A DNA stretch of 64,000 nucleotides from positions 32,001 to 96,000 of IMG/VR virus record IMGVR_UViG_3300046779_001412, one strand, 5' to 3'. This stretch comes from a virus. The position numbers and the translations under genes were made by a program. The stretch's first letter is position 1. The number at the start of each line of letters is the position of its first letter. This document shows, piece by piece, positions 11,199-21,418 of this stretch. Below the pieces are notes generated by a model, which ran no database searches, had not been told where the DNA came from, and was given only the letters and a program-made list of their open reading frames with translations.

Positions 11199-12164
11199 AT
11201 GACGTATACAAGCGGTAGTTTAATTGAAGCCAGTGACTACAATGGTTTTGTAGCAGGAACTGCCAACGCAAATATAAATGATATCTGGAGCGCCGGGTCG
11301 GGCGACAAAGGCTGGGGCGAAACTGCGGTATCAAATGTTAGTGCTGCCACTAACATTGCTGCAACCAATTGGGCCACTCTTGTAAATCGTATCAGCTCCA
11401 TGGGCTCACAAACCGGTGTTGCAATCACAAGTCGCAGTGCGCCCACCACAGGTGATATTGTACAAATCTTAGCAAATGTAAACACTGATCTAACAAATAT
11501 AACCAGCAGTCGTGGCAATGCCGCAGCAGTGGGAAGTCAATATACAGCATGGACAGGCACCAGTGGTAAAACAGGCACAACCACAGGCGTTAACTCCACT
11601 ATTGTTTTTACTCACACTGTGACTTTTCCCAATGCCAATGCAGCAAGATACTTTTGGAATGCAGGCGGACTGGTAAGAATGCAGTTTGGTAAAAGCAGCA
11701 CAGGCAATTTTGGCGATCCGGACTTTAACACTTTGGCAAGCAATATGGGCACACTTACCATGAATGGACGCTGTGGTAACGTAAGTGCGACTGTGGCAGG
11801 TACAACCTACACAGGATTTACTCGCACAGGCGGCAGTGGCACACCTTCACCAAATTTAACAACCACAGGCTGGTATCAACTAACAACATCAAATCAAACT
11901 TTGTTCACATTGAATTCAAGTACTTCACCTTACACTGGCAACTATATTCAAATTCAGGCAAAAACTGGTAACACTGGAACTACGCTGGATCTCACTACAA
12001 CCTGGTTCAACGCAGAAGGTGACACTATGAGTGGCGGTACAGCTCCTTCGGGAACCACATTTGGCACAGCCCCAGCAACAATCGTTACATATTTTCCACC
12101 CAGCGCAACTTATCTAACCAGTGCCGCGTGGGGCACTCCCACAGTGGCAGCAACAACAACCTAA
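11199..12164 (+). CDS. Thr/Ser/Gly-rich virion (fibre-like) protein
   Basis: 321 aa; SD AAGGA upstream; composition and AARYFWNAGG motif; followed by a terminator. Confidence 0.6.
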   Translation: MTYTSGSLIEASDYNGFVAGTANANINDIWSAGSGDKGWGETAVSNVSAATNIAATNWATLVNRISSMGSQTGVAITSRSAPTTGDIVQILANVNTDLTNITSSRGNAAAVGSQYTAWTGTSGKTGTTTGVNSTIVFTHTVTFPNANAARYFWNAGGLVRMQFGKSSTGNFGDPDFNTLASNMGTLTMNGRCGNVSATVAGTTYTGFTRTGGSGTPSPNLTTTGWYQLTTSNQTLFTLNSSTSPYTGNYIQIQAKTGNTGTTLDLTTTWFNAEGDTMSGGTAPSGTTFGTAPATIVTYFPPSATYLTSAAWGTPTVAATTT

Positions 12165-12181
12165 AAACTTACCACTTCTAA

Positions 12182-12210
12182 TAAAGGGCCAAATGGCCCT
12201 TTACTTTTTT
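12182..12210 (+). terminator. Rho-independent terminator
   Basis: TAAAGGGCC-AAAT-GGCCCTTTA followed by CTTTTTT. Confidence 0.8.
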
Positions 12211-12231
12211 GTATTATAAGTGTATAATCAC

Positions 12232-12543
12232 ATGATGAATGAAAACGAATTAATGTCCCATGCACGGGCAAGATTTGATCACGAATCTGCCCGACGTTTG
12301 CTACGAGAAAAATATCAAGCCAAAATGTTGTTTGCCTATCGAGGTGGTATGTGGCGAGCCGGTCCGGAGTTGCATAACACAATATCTACATGCGGGCGCA
12401 TGGGAGAAATTGTGTTACCAGATTTGTATGAAAACCCGGTGCAAGTTGATTCAACGGAACTTATGTCATTAAGCCAAGAACGTTGGAATGAACAAATGAA
12501 CGCTTGGTTGTTGGATTTTGATCAACTGAGCAAACACCGATGA
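12232..12543 (+). CDS. Hypothetical protein; first gene of the tailoring operon
   Basis: ATG just after TATAAT; ATGA overlap with the next gene. Confidence 0.65.
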   Translation: MMNENELMSHARARFDHESARRLLREKYQAKMLFAYRGGMWRAGPELHNTISTCGRMGEIVLPDLYENPVQVDSTELMSLSQERWNEQMNAWLLDFDQLSKHR

Positions 12544-13334
12544 CTCGAGGCGTACTCTTGGTAGCATTTAATAATAGTCATTTTGACTATGTGAAAATGG
12601 CAGCATGGAATGCTACCCGTATAAGGCACTTTCTTGATGTGCCTGTAGCTCTGGTTACAGATTCACTCGCCCACAACAATCTTGATGCCTTTGATCATGT
12701 GATTTACATGTCGCGACCGCAGTGCGGCAAAAGATATTTTGACGATATTCAAACCACAGTGGATTGGATTAATCATGATCGTAGTCATGCAGCCTTACAA
12801 TCGCCGTTTGAGCATACCTTGGTCTTGGATGTAGACTATGTAGTTAACAGTGATCAATTGAAGTTTTTGTTTGAAATCAATCAAGACTTTGTATGCCATA
12901 GAGACGCAGTCAATGCACGTACCGGCGAGATATTCAACAATACCTTTGGCCAATATCAAATGCCCATGTATTGGGCCACAGTGATGTGTTTTCGTAAAAG
13001 TAAAAAATCACAGATAATATTTGATATAATGGCCATGGTACAACATAATTGGCAACACTATCGCGATCTTTATCAAATTGATAGACCTGCGTTTAGAAAC
13101 GATCATGCCTTGAGTATAGCACTGAATATAGAGTCCGGACACATGTTAACCACCTGTGATATTCCCTGGAACCTAGTCAGTGTGCTACCTGGTGATAAAC
13201 TAACATGTGTTGATCACAATGTGTTTGAAATTACTTGGCATGATACTCGTGCACATCGCGTAACACTCAAAAATCAAGATTTTCATGCCATGGGCAAAAG
13301 TTATCTGGAGAACATAATTGACAATCAAAGCTGA
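12540..13334 (+). CDS. GT-A-fold glycosyltransferase-like protein
   Basis: MTRGVLLVAFNN start, SPFEHTLVLDVDY (DxD) and FRNDHALSIA. Confidence 0.7.
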   Translation: MTRGVLLVAFNNSHFDYVKMAAWNATRIRHFLDVPVALVTDSLAHNNLDAFDHVIYMSRPQCGKRYFDDIQTTVDWINHDRSHAALQSPFEHTLVLDVDYVVNSDQLKFLFEINQDFVCHRDAVNARTGEIFNNTFGQYQMPMYWATVMCFRKSKKSQIIFDIMAMVQHNWQHYRDLYQIDRPAFRNDHALSIALNIESGHMLTTCDIPWNLVSVLPGDKLTCVDHNVFEITWHDTRAHRVTLKNQDFHAMGKSYLENIIDNQS

Positions 13335-14046
13335 TCGAGGATTTGTCATACCTGCTTTTAACACTACAAACATAGACTACGAAGCCTGTGCGCACCGACT
13401 CCGCGATTCAATTCTACGTCATCATGAAATAGACATCACAATTCTAACCATTGACGATTTGCCAGAAACTGATTTGAAAGGACAAGCTCTTGATTATTAT
13501 GCGTATCGTCTTAGTCCCTATAGACAAACAATTAAGCTAGAAGCGGACATGATAATCACTGCCCCCTGCGCACATTGGTTTGATATGATGCAACACCTTG
13601 ATGTTTGTGTTAGCACAGGTTGTAGAGATTTATACGGTAATCCTGCTATTAGTAGATTTTATAGAAAATTTATTGACAATAACAATCTGCCAGATGTTTA
13701 CAATGCAGTCACTTATTGGCGGGTGAGTGAAACAGCACAGACATTTTTTGCATGGGTAAGACGTTTGTTTGTGCATTGGGATGAATACAAACGTCTAGTG
13801 AAGTTTCCTGATGATGAACCTAGCACTGACTTTGTATATGCCATGGCAGCGCAGATCATTGGGCCAAATAAGTGCACTATGCCATTTGCGAGCTTTCCAA
13901 AAATAATTCACTGTAAACAACACATACTAGGAACATTAACCGAAGACTGGACCAAAGAACTGGTATGGGAGGACAATCCAGTGAGAATAAACACTGTGGC
14001 CCAATGGGGCGCATTACATTATCTAAATAAAACATGGATGCTTTAG
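13318..14046 (+). CDS. GT-A-fold glycosyltransferase-like paralog
   Basis: SPYRQTIKLEADM and PSTDFVYAMA; parallels the upstream gene. Confidence 0.65.
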   Translation: MTIKADRGFVIPAFNTTNIDYEACAHRLRDSILRHHEIDITILTIDDLPETDLKGQALDYYAYRLSPYRQTIKLEADMIITAPCAHWFDMMQHLDVCVSTGCRDLYGNPAISRFYRKFIDNNNLPDVYNAVTYWRVSETAQTFFAWVRRLFVHWDEYKRLVKFPDDEPSTDFVYAMAAQIIGPNKCTMPFASFPKIIHCKQHILGTLTEDWTKELVWEDNPVRINTVAQWGALHYLNKTWML

Positions 14047-14378
14047 ATTTTTGGCAGCAGGTCCAGGCCTTACTTGATCCTGTGCATGATCCCAGGATAT
14101 TTTACAGAGTGTACTACGATCACACAGGCTGTGTTTTATTTTACAGCATGGAAGATCTGCCCGGTAACTACTTGGAGATTGATCAACAGACCTTTGCTCA
14201 CAGTGACGGTAACCTAAGAGTGATTAATGGCAAGCTGGTTAAACCGTCAATACAGGTCAGTAAAAAACTAGTGCCCAGTGATCAAGGCACTGCTTGTCAT
14301 GTTGACAATGTTGCTATTGTGAGTAACTCTCAGCCCGCAAAACTTTGGAGTGTAAAATATTATGACCAAGATAGTTGA
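14034..14378 (+). CDS. Hypothetical protein
   Basis: 114 aa, overlapping both neighbours in the operon. Confidence 0.6.
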   Translation: MDALDFWQQVQALLDPVHDPRIFYRVYYDHTGCVLFYSMEDLPGNYLEIDQQTFAHSDGNLRVINGKLVKPSIQVSKKLVPSDQGTACHVDNVAIVSNSQPAKLWSVKYYDQDS

Positions 14379-15288
14379 TATCGCTGATTTAGACTGTATA
14401 TTTTTAACCTATGATGAACCTAATGCTGAGGAAAATTGGGTACGTGTTCGGAACATGGTACCCTGGGCACGACGAGTGGATGGTATTAAAGGGTCAGACG
14501 CCGCTCACAAAGCAGCAGCGATGGCTTCGACCACTGATCGCTTTGTGCTCATTGATGGCGATAACATCCCTGACATTGGCTTCTTTTCACTTCAGCTTGT
14601 ATTGGACGATGCCTCCCATGATTGTGTGTTTAGGTGGCGTGCCCGTAATAACGTCAATGGACTGATGTACGGCAACGGTGGTGTAAGTTGTTGGACACGA
14701 GACTTTGTGATGAACATGCGCACACACGAAGCGTCGGAGGGCACTGATGAAACTGCTGTGGAGTTTTGTTTTGATCCACGCTACTGGGCCATGCATGATT
14801 GCTATTCTACAACCTATATCAACACCACAGACTTTCAGGCTTGGCGTGCTGGATTCAGAGAAGGCGTGAAGATGTGTTTGATTAAAGGACGCCGGCCTAC
14901 AATACCTGAATTTCAACAACAAGTACACCAACGTAATCTTGATAATCTTACTATTTGGCACAACATAGGTCGTGATGTTGATAACGGTATCTGGGCTATA
15001 GCAGGCGCTAGAATGGGCACATACATGACCATGATCACTGATTGGGACTATACACAGGTGCAATGGTTTGATCATCTAGCGGATCTTTGGAACACAGTAA
15101 AAGATCGGCCACCAGAACAGGTAGCAGGTACTGTGGTTGAAGATTTAATCACGCAGCTTGACTTACCTATTGGGTTTTTTCACAAAGAAGAAAGCGATTT
15201 TTTCAAAAAACATGTAAATCAAAGTTTTAAAAATCGCGGTATTATGACTAAAGAAATAGATGTAATTAGACAGCAAGAAGGCTGGTAA
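14362..15288 (+). CDS. GT2-like glycosyltransferase
   Basis: DCIFLTYDEPNA..RVDGIKGSDAAHKAAA...FVLIDGDN; QAWRAGFREGVKM. Confidence 0.65.
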   Translation: MTKIVDIADLDCIFLTYDEPNAEENWVRVRNMVPWARRVDGIKGSDAAHKAAAMASTTDRFVLIDGDNIPDIGFFSLQLVLDDASHDCVFRWRARNNVNGLMYGNGGVSCWTRDFVMNMRTHEASEGTDETAVEFCFDPRYWAMHDCYSTTYINTTDFQAWRAGFREGVKMCLIKGRRPTIPEFQQQVHQRNLDNLTIWHNIGRDVDNGIWAIAGARMGTYMTMITDWDYTQVQWFDHLADLWNTVKDRPPEQVAGTVVEDLITQLDLPIGFFHKEESDFFKKHVNQSFKNRGIMTKEIDVIRQQEGW

Positions 15289-16358
15289 TGTCTCTAGCTA
15301 TACAGTATCGATTCAAACTAGCATCTATGCCACGAGGTCTGGGGTATCCGCATGCGATAACAAATCATTGCAATGTACCACAACGTGCAGTTTCAGTGGA
15401 CTTTGCTTTGAACTGTTTGATCTGTTTTTGTGATGGTTGGTTGCCTATTCCGGTGGGGTCAGTGTTAGACTTTGAAACTCTAGAGGCGGTGTGGCAATCA
15501 CCTAAAGCGCAGGAGATTCAAGCTGACATACAAGACAAAAAGTTTACATGGTGTGCAGTAGAACACTGTGGTATAATCAGACATCACATTGAATTAGACA
15601 GGGCTACATTGGCAATTAATGTAGATGATAGTTGCAATCTATCCTGTGCAAGTTGTAGGCGTGAAAAAATCATGGTTGATTCAGGCCTTGACTTTGAACG
15701 TAGACAACAGGCTCTGCGTCATATACTTGGTTGGCTTGAAAAATACAACGAGCCAATAAACATTACACTAGGAGGCAATGGTGACCCATTGGCCAGTAGT
15801 GTGATTAGACCTCTTTTCCACGAGTATGTGCCTAAGGCCAATCAGTTGTTTGTGCTACATACCAATGGTTTGTTATTGCGCAAGCAGCTGGCGCATAGTG
15901 CATTGTTACCACAGGTTGGCGCTGTGTTGCTCAGTGTTGATGCTGGCACAGCCAACACGTATGAAAAAATTCGTCGAGGTGGCTCATGGCCTGTTTTAAT
16001 CAACAATCTTGAATTTTTGCGTGAAGCGGGATTGAATAGATCTACCACTTTAAAATTTTGTTTGCAAGCAGGCAATTGGCATGAACTAGAGCAGTTTGTT
16101 GATCTATGTCAGCATTATGGCTTTACAGCACACATACATCAACTTGATGACTGGGGCACATGGTCAAACATAATGCCAGCCTATCCAGATGCATGGACAT
16201 TACGTAACGGTACTTTCATTGATCATAACGTACTAGATCCTGATCACAAAGATCATTCTCGCTGCGTGCAAGTGCTACAGCGTTTGCATTGTGATTACAA
16301 ACCGCCACAGGTGTTTATTGACGGATATATATTAGGCAAATTAAATGAATCAACCTAG
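15288..16358 (+). CDS. Radical SAM protein with N-terminal Twitch/SPASM-like domain
   Basis: CNLSCASC core motif, GGNGDP, LSVDAG; N-terminal C-x13-CLIC...G....LEAVW...C. Confidence 0.85.
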   Translation: MSLAIQYRFKLASMPRGLGYPHAITNHCNVPQRAVSVDFALNCLICFCDGWLPIPVGSVLDFETLEAVWQSPKAQEIQADIQDKKFTWCAVEHCGIIRHHIELDRATLAINVDDSCNLSCASCRREKIMVDSGLDFERRQQALRHILGWLEKYNEPINITLGGNGDPLASSVIRPLFHEYVPKANQLFVLHTNGLLLRKQLAHSALLPQVGAVLLSVDAGTANTYEKIRRGGSWPVLINNLEFLREAGLNRSTTLKFCLQAGNWHELEQFVDLCQHYGFTAHIHQLDDWGTWSNIMPAYPDAWTLRNGTFIDHNVLDPDHKDHSRCVQVLQRLHCDYKPPQVFIDGYILGKLNEST

Positions 16359-17721
16359 TCAGTTTTACAGTGATGCTGAGCGTATGAAAGACCTTCTAGG
16401 GCCTGCTCGCTGCTATGCTAAATGGAAACAAGTCAGCCTGCATCTCACCACCGGTATGACCAACAGTTGCTATCATCCACCGCTGCATGAAATAGATGTT
16501 ACACTGCTGGCTGACAACCCCGGTGCATTGCACAACACACCTTATAAAAAAACTCAGCGCAAGATCATGTTGCGCAACGACCGTCCTGGTGAATGTCAAT
16601 ATTGTTGGAACATGGAAGACCTAGGTGAACTAAGCGACCGTCACTATCGCTCAGGTGAGCCCTGGGCTGAAATAGATCTCACAAATTTAACCGGAGATGA
16701 AGATGTTATACCTACCTATGTTGAAGTTAATTTTAGTAATGTTTGCAATCTCAAGTGTAGCTATTGCAGTCCACAGTATAGTTCAACGTGGGCCGACGAA
16801 ACTAACCGACATGGGGCATATCCTACTAGAATCCCTCATAATGAGCCGAGTCATTTTAACGGGCGTCGTAAGCCTATACCTGTTCGCGAAGATAACCCTT
16901 ATGTAGAAGCGTTTTGGCGTTGGTGGCCTCAGCTATATCCAAAACTCAAACACTTCCGTATGACTGGCGGCGAACCATTGTTGGATAAGAATACATATCG
17001 TGTGTTTGATTATGTATTGGCATTGCCTAAGATGGATCTGCACTTAGATGTAACTTCAAACTTCAGTGTTGAACAACCAATATTTGATCGTTATCTTGAT
17101 TATGTCAAGCGATTGTGCAACACACAGATTGAACATTTTATGCAGTATGTCAGTGTTGACACTGGAGATTGGATACAAGCTGAATATATTAGGCATGGGC
17201 TTGATGCCAAAAAATTGATGCATAATGTTGATCAGTATCTCACTGAGGTACCTAATCGCAATAGTCTTACATTCATCATCACACTTAATAATCTAAGTGT
17301 AACAGGATTAGACCAACTATTAGATTATATTTTAGAACTACGTGCTAGGCACAGCAGTACCTATCAACGTGTGTGGTTTGATACTCCAGTACTCAGACAG
17401 CCTCGTTGGCAAAGTCTGCAAATACTACCTGCTGCATATCAAAGGCGAATGGAACAACACATAGAATTCATGCAGCAAAATCTTATGCCTGACAACAGCT
17501 TTGTGGGATTCAAAGACTACGAAGTACAGCGCATGCAACGTGCGTTGGCCTGGATGAAAGAACCACAACAAACATCAGAAATCATTCAGGCTAGAGCAGA
17601 TTTCTATAAATTTTTTGCTGAATATAGTAGAAGAATGGGCCATGATACAGAATACTTCAAAGAGATTTTTCCTGAAATGCTAAACTTTTGGCAGGAGTGT
17701 GAGCACCATGCCAAGGCCTAA
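16345..17721 (+). CDS. Radical SAM protein with N-terminal Twitch domain
   Basis: CYAKW...SCYH...CQYCW, then CNLKCSYC and TGGEP. Confidence 0.9.
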   Translation: MNQPSQFYSDAERMKDLLGPARCYAKWKQVSLHLTTGMTNSCYHPPLHEIDVTLLADNPGALHNTPYKKTQRKIMLRNDRPGECQYCWNMEDLGELSDRHYRSGEPWAEIDLTNLTGDEDVIPTYVEVNFSNVCNLKCSYCSPQYSSTWADETNRHGAYPTRIPHNEPSHFNGRRKPIPVREDNPYVEAFWRWWPQLYPKLKHFRMTGGEPLLDKNTYRVFDYVLALPKMDLHLDVTSNFSVEQPIFDRYLDYVKRLCNTQIEHFMQYVSVDTGDWIQAEYIRHGLDAKKLMHNVDQYLTEVPNRNSLTFIITLNNLSVTGLDQLLDYILELRARHSSTYQRVWFDTPVLRQPRWQSLQILPAAYQRRMEQHIEFMQQNLMPDNSFVGFKDYEVQRMQRALAWMKEPQQTSEIIQARADFYKFFAEYSRRMGHDTEYFKEIFPEMLNFWQECEHHAKA

Positions 17722-18826
17722 ACTCTATGTTGACAGTAAGTGTGAAATTGCGGAACTGTTACGTCCTTATGCTGACCATGTGTTTAGAGGTTTTGACACC
17801 ATAGCTCACAATGAGAATGATATCTATGTGCTTAGTAGATTGGAATTCAAGAACAATGCTACTCTTATTAGGCCTTTGATAGATCGTGGAGTAAAATTAG
17901 TTTACAGCAATCCATTTGAAGGCAGTGAAACCTTGGCAGGTCAACTCACAAGATTTGGGTTATCAGATCTGTTTTTGGAACGTAGGATTCTTGTGATTGG
18001 TGGTGGTGACATGAGGCTGGAATGGCCAAATCTTAGGTACGATTTGTTTGTTTCTAAACCACACAATTTTGCAGAAAATTTAGCAGCTATTAAGCGCAGC
18101 GATGAAATTTTTTCTCAAGTTAATAAGCCTTATAATTTTTTATTTTTAAATGGCAGAGCGCGAGATCATCGTAAGTATCTAATAGAAAGATTAAGTGATC
18201 TTGGTTTACTTGATCAAAGTTTGTATACTTGGTTAGACACCAGTTCCATACGCAGTCGAGCCTTTGATAGTGCTCTTACCAATCGGCCTAGAGCACATCG
18301 TTTTTTACCCGAGCAGTATGAACATGCAACTTATCAAGCAAATGTTAATCATGTACATGGCACTGACTATGTCAAGCTTGATTTGTTTAATAATGAGTGG
18401 GGAGAAATATACCTAAACGCAGATGCCTATGTTGATACTTATTTTAGCTTAGTAACAGAAACAGTATACAACTATCCGCACAGTTTTAGAACTGAAAAAA
18501 TCTGGAAACCAATAGCCATGGGACACCCTTGGATCTGTGTAGCTAATATGGGTTACTATCGTGACCTTAGAGCTCTTGGCTTTCAGACATTTAACACCAT
18601 AATTGATGAAGGTTTTGATGCCATTGAAGGCAGTGTTGCTAGAATGGAAAGGTGTATTCGGGTAATTGAAGACATCCACCGTAACGGACTTAAAGATTTC
18701 CTTGCACAATGCCAAAATATATGTAAATATAACCAACAACACATGATTGATCTCCGTGATCAAGTCAACAAAGATTTTCCCGATCAATTTTTCAAATTTC
18801 TACGCGACTATGGATGGACGACCTAG
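17699..18826 (+). CDS. GT10-like/GT-B glycosyltransferase-like protein (LVTET..TEK family)
   Basis: FLFLNGRARDHR; YFSLVTET...FRTEKIWKPIAMGHPW...LRALGFQTF. Confidence 0.6.
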   Translation: MSTMPRPKLYVDSKCEIAELLRPYADHVFRGFDTIAHNENDIYVLSRLEFKNNATLIRPLIDRGVKLVYSNPFEGSETLAGQLTRFGLSDLFLERRILVIGGGDMRLEWPNLRYDLFVSKPHNFAENLAAIKRSDEIFSQVNKPYNFLFLNGRARDHRKYLIERLSDLGLLDQSLYTWLDTSSIRSRAFDSALTNRPRAHRFLPEQYEHATYQANVNHVHGTDYVKLDLFNNEWGEIYLNADAYVDTYFSLVTETVYNYPHSFRTEKIWKPIAMGHPWICVANMGYYRDLRALGFQTFNTIIDEGFDAIEGSVARMERCIRVIEDIHRNGLKDFLAQCQNICKYNQQHMIDLRDQVNKDFPDQFFKFLRDYGWTT

Positions 18827-20148
18827 AGTTCAAACACAGGGTTCTTGACCCTATATCAAAGAGTTTTTGTGCAGCAAAGTGGTACAATGCAACCATTTGG
18901 CTGGGATCAGGCATGACCACATCATGTCATCACCCACCGGCTCATTTAGTGGAGGCCGATAAGCTCCGTGCTAACCCTGAGTTGTTGCACAATACCCCAC
19001 AGAAAAAACAAGACCGCGAGCAGATGCAACGTGGCCAACGCCCAGCAGGATGTGAATATTGTTGGAAGATAGAGGACATGGGACGCGATGCTGTAAGTGA
19101 TCGTGTGTACAAGTCTAAGATCTACTCACTAGAGGACATAACCTATGCACAGCACGCACCAGTCACAGAAAATATCAATCTACGCACTTTGGAGATTAGC
19201 TTTGATCGTACTTGTCAATTTGCTTGTAGTTATTGCAATCCCGCCTTTAGTAGCACATGGGTACGTGACATATCTCAAAATGGGCCCTATGTGGGACTCA
19301 CAAGCGACGGTCGCAATCATTTTACTCATAGTCACAATAGTGCTCAACTTTATAGATTCGGTGAAAGCAATCCTTACGTGGACGCCTTTTTCTCCTGGTG
19401 GGAATCTGACCTACACCGCACTCTAGACGAACTGCGGATCACAGGCGGTGAGCCACTTATGTCAGGCTATACTTGGCAACTTTTAGATTGGTTCCGTAAT
19501 AATCAAGGCCGTTCAAAAACCAGGTTGGCTATAAATTCTAATCTAGGAACACAAGTTGATATTGATCGTTTGTTTGCAAGTGTGGACACACCCATTGACC
19601 TATACACTAGTAATGAGAGCATGGGCTCTCACGCAGAGTATATTAGAGATGGACTGGTTTGGCAGCCTTGGGTTGATAATATAGAAAAAATTTTAAAAAC
19701 GTATCGAGGAAAACTTCGTGGACTTCACATGATGTGCACTGTGAATGCATTATGTTTAGAAAGCTTGCCTGAGTTTTTAACGAAGTTATTGACTTGGAAG
19801 AGTCAGTATGGTGCAGACTATCCTAACTTTACTCTTAACATTCTGCGCTTTCCTAGCTTTCAAAGTCCATTGGTATTACCAGATGGCTTAAGATTACAAT
19901 ATCAGAAACAATTACAGGACTGGTTCAATGCGTTTGAACATCATATATTTTTCCAACCACACGAACGTAATCATGTTCTTAGATTGATAGATTATCTTGA
20001 CGTAGTTAAAACTCCACATTCGGAAGCTTTTGACATACCTACATTACAACAAGATTTCAAACGTTTTTATCAACAGTATGATACTAGACGTGGAAAAAAC
20101 TTTACAGAAACTTTTAAAGAAATAGGCCAGTGGTATGAGCAAATCTGA
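18814..20148 (+). CDS. Radical SAM protein with N-terminal Twitch domain
   Basis: CAAKW...SCHH...CEYCW; CQFACSYC; TGGEP. Confidence 0.9.
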   Translation: MDDLEFKHRVLDPISKSFCAAKWYNATIWLGSGMTTSCHHPPAHLVEADKLRANPELLHNTPQKKQDREQMQRGQRPAGCEYCWKIEDMGRDAVSDRVYKSKIYSLEDITYAQHAPVTENINLRTLEISFDRTCQFACSYCNPAFSSTWVRDISQNGPYVGLTSDGRNHFTHSHNSAQLYRFGESNPYVDAFFSWWESDLHRTLDELRITGGEPLMSGYTWQLLDWFRNNQGRSKTRLAINSNLGTQVDIDRLFASVDTPIDLYTSNESMGSHAEYIRDGLVWQPWVDNIEKILKTYRGKLRGLHMMCTVNALCLESLPEFLTKLLTWKSQYGADYPNFTLNILRFPSFQSPLVLPDGLRLQYQKQLQDWFNAFEHHIFFQPHERNHVLRLIDYLDVVKTPHSEAFDIPTLQQDFKRFYQQYDTRRGKNFTETFKEIGQWYEQI

Positions 20149-21418
20149 ATATAACGATCCACGCCCTATCAAGATAGATTTTGATTCGTTAACAGATCGT
20201 CAGAAATATCTGTTAACTGAAAGCAAAACTTTTTGCATCTATCCTTGGATTCATATGCATGCATATCCAACAGGCGAAGCGCACCCTTGTTGTCACAGTA
20301 CAATGTGGCAGTCAGTGGGCCACTGCAAAAAGAATACTCTTAAGGAAATCTGGAATCAGACTCCCATGCGAAGCCTTAGACGTAATATGTTGGAAGAGCG
20401 CGAAAGTGCCGGGTGTGTGCGCTGTTACGAACAAGAACGCACTGGATTTATGAGTGGACGTCAAGCAGCCAACAAACATCATGGCCATCATATCAATCGA
20501 GTAGATGAAACAGATTCTTCAGGACGCCTTGACAGATTTGAAATGACCTATTGGGATATTCGTTTCAGTAATCTTTGTAACCTACGGTGCCGAAGCTGCG
20601 GTTTTATTTTTTCTAGTAGTTGGTACGCTGATCAAGTGAAACTAGCCGGTCCGGAGTGGGGCAAACAATTTACTCCCATGAACTATGCAGGCAGGACAGA
20701 AGTTGACATGTGGGAGCAGTTGCTTCCTCACTTAGATTATGTTGAGCAGATATACTTTGCTGGCGGCGAGCCTCTCATGATGGAGGAACATTATAATATT
20801 CTAGAAGAACTAGAACGTCGTGGAAGATTTGACGTCAGGCTTATCTACAACACTAACTTTACTCAAACCAAATTGAAATCACGCAGTGTATTTGATTTCT
20901 GGAGTAAATTTGAATCTGTAAGTGTGGGTGCAAGCCTAGATGCCATGGGTCCACGAGCTGAATACATTCGAAAAGGCACAGATTGGGACACTGTAGAACG
21001 CAACCGTGAACGTATGCTAGAAGTATGTCCCAACGTTGATTTCTATATCAGCCCAACTCTGTCTTTAATGAACGCACACCATCTACCAGACTTTCACAAA
21101 GATTGGGTACACAGGGGTTTGATTAGAGCACAAGATCTCAATGTTAACATCTTGCAAGATCCACCACATTATAGAATAGACGTAGCCAGTGCGCAGTACA
21201 AAGATATATTACGAATCAAATTTCAAGAACACATTGAGTGGTTACAACCCTTGGATCCATTCAAACGTGCAAGTCAAGGATTTGAAAGTGCTATAACATT
21301 TATGGACAGTCGCGACAATAGCAAAAGACTTAGTGAATTTTGGGAAAAGTCAAAACAGCTTGATGAAATTCGCGGAGAGGATATATTGCTGGTATTGCCA
21401 GAGTTACGTGATCTATGA
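20135..21418 (+). CDS. Radical SAM protein with N-terminal Twitch domain
   Basis: FCIYPW...PCC...CVRCY; CNLRCRSC; AGGEP. Confidence 0.9.
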   Translation: MSKSEYNDPRPIKIDFDSLTDRQKYLLTESKTFCIYPWIHMHAYPTGEAHPCCHSTMWQSVGHCKKNTLKEIWNQTPMRSLRRNMLEERESAGCVRCYEQERTGFMSGRQAANKHHGHHINRVDETDSSGRLDRFEMTYWDIRFSNLCNLRCRSCGFIFSSSWYADQVKLAGPEWGKQFTPMNYAGRTEVDMWEQLLPHLDYVEQIYFAGGEPLMMEEHYNILEELERRGRFDVRLIYNTNFTQTKLKSRSVFDFWSKFESVSVGASLDAMGPRAEYIRKGTDWDTVERNRERMLEVCPNVDFYISPTLSLMNAHHLPDFHKDWVHRGLIRAQDLNVNILQDPPHYRIDVASAQYKDILRIKFQEHIEWLQPLDPFKRASQGFESAITFMDSRDNSKRLSEFWEKSKQLDEIRGEDILLVLPELRDL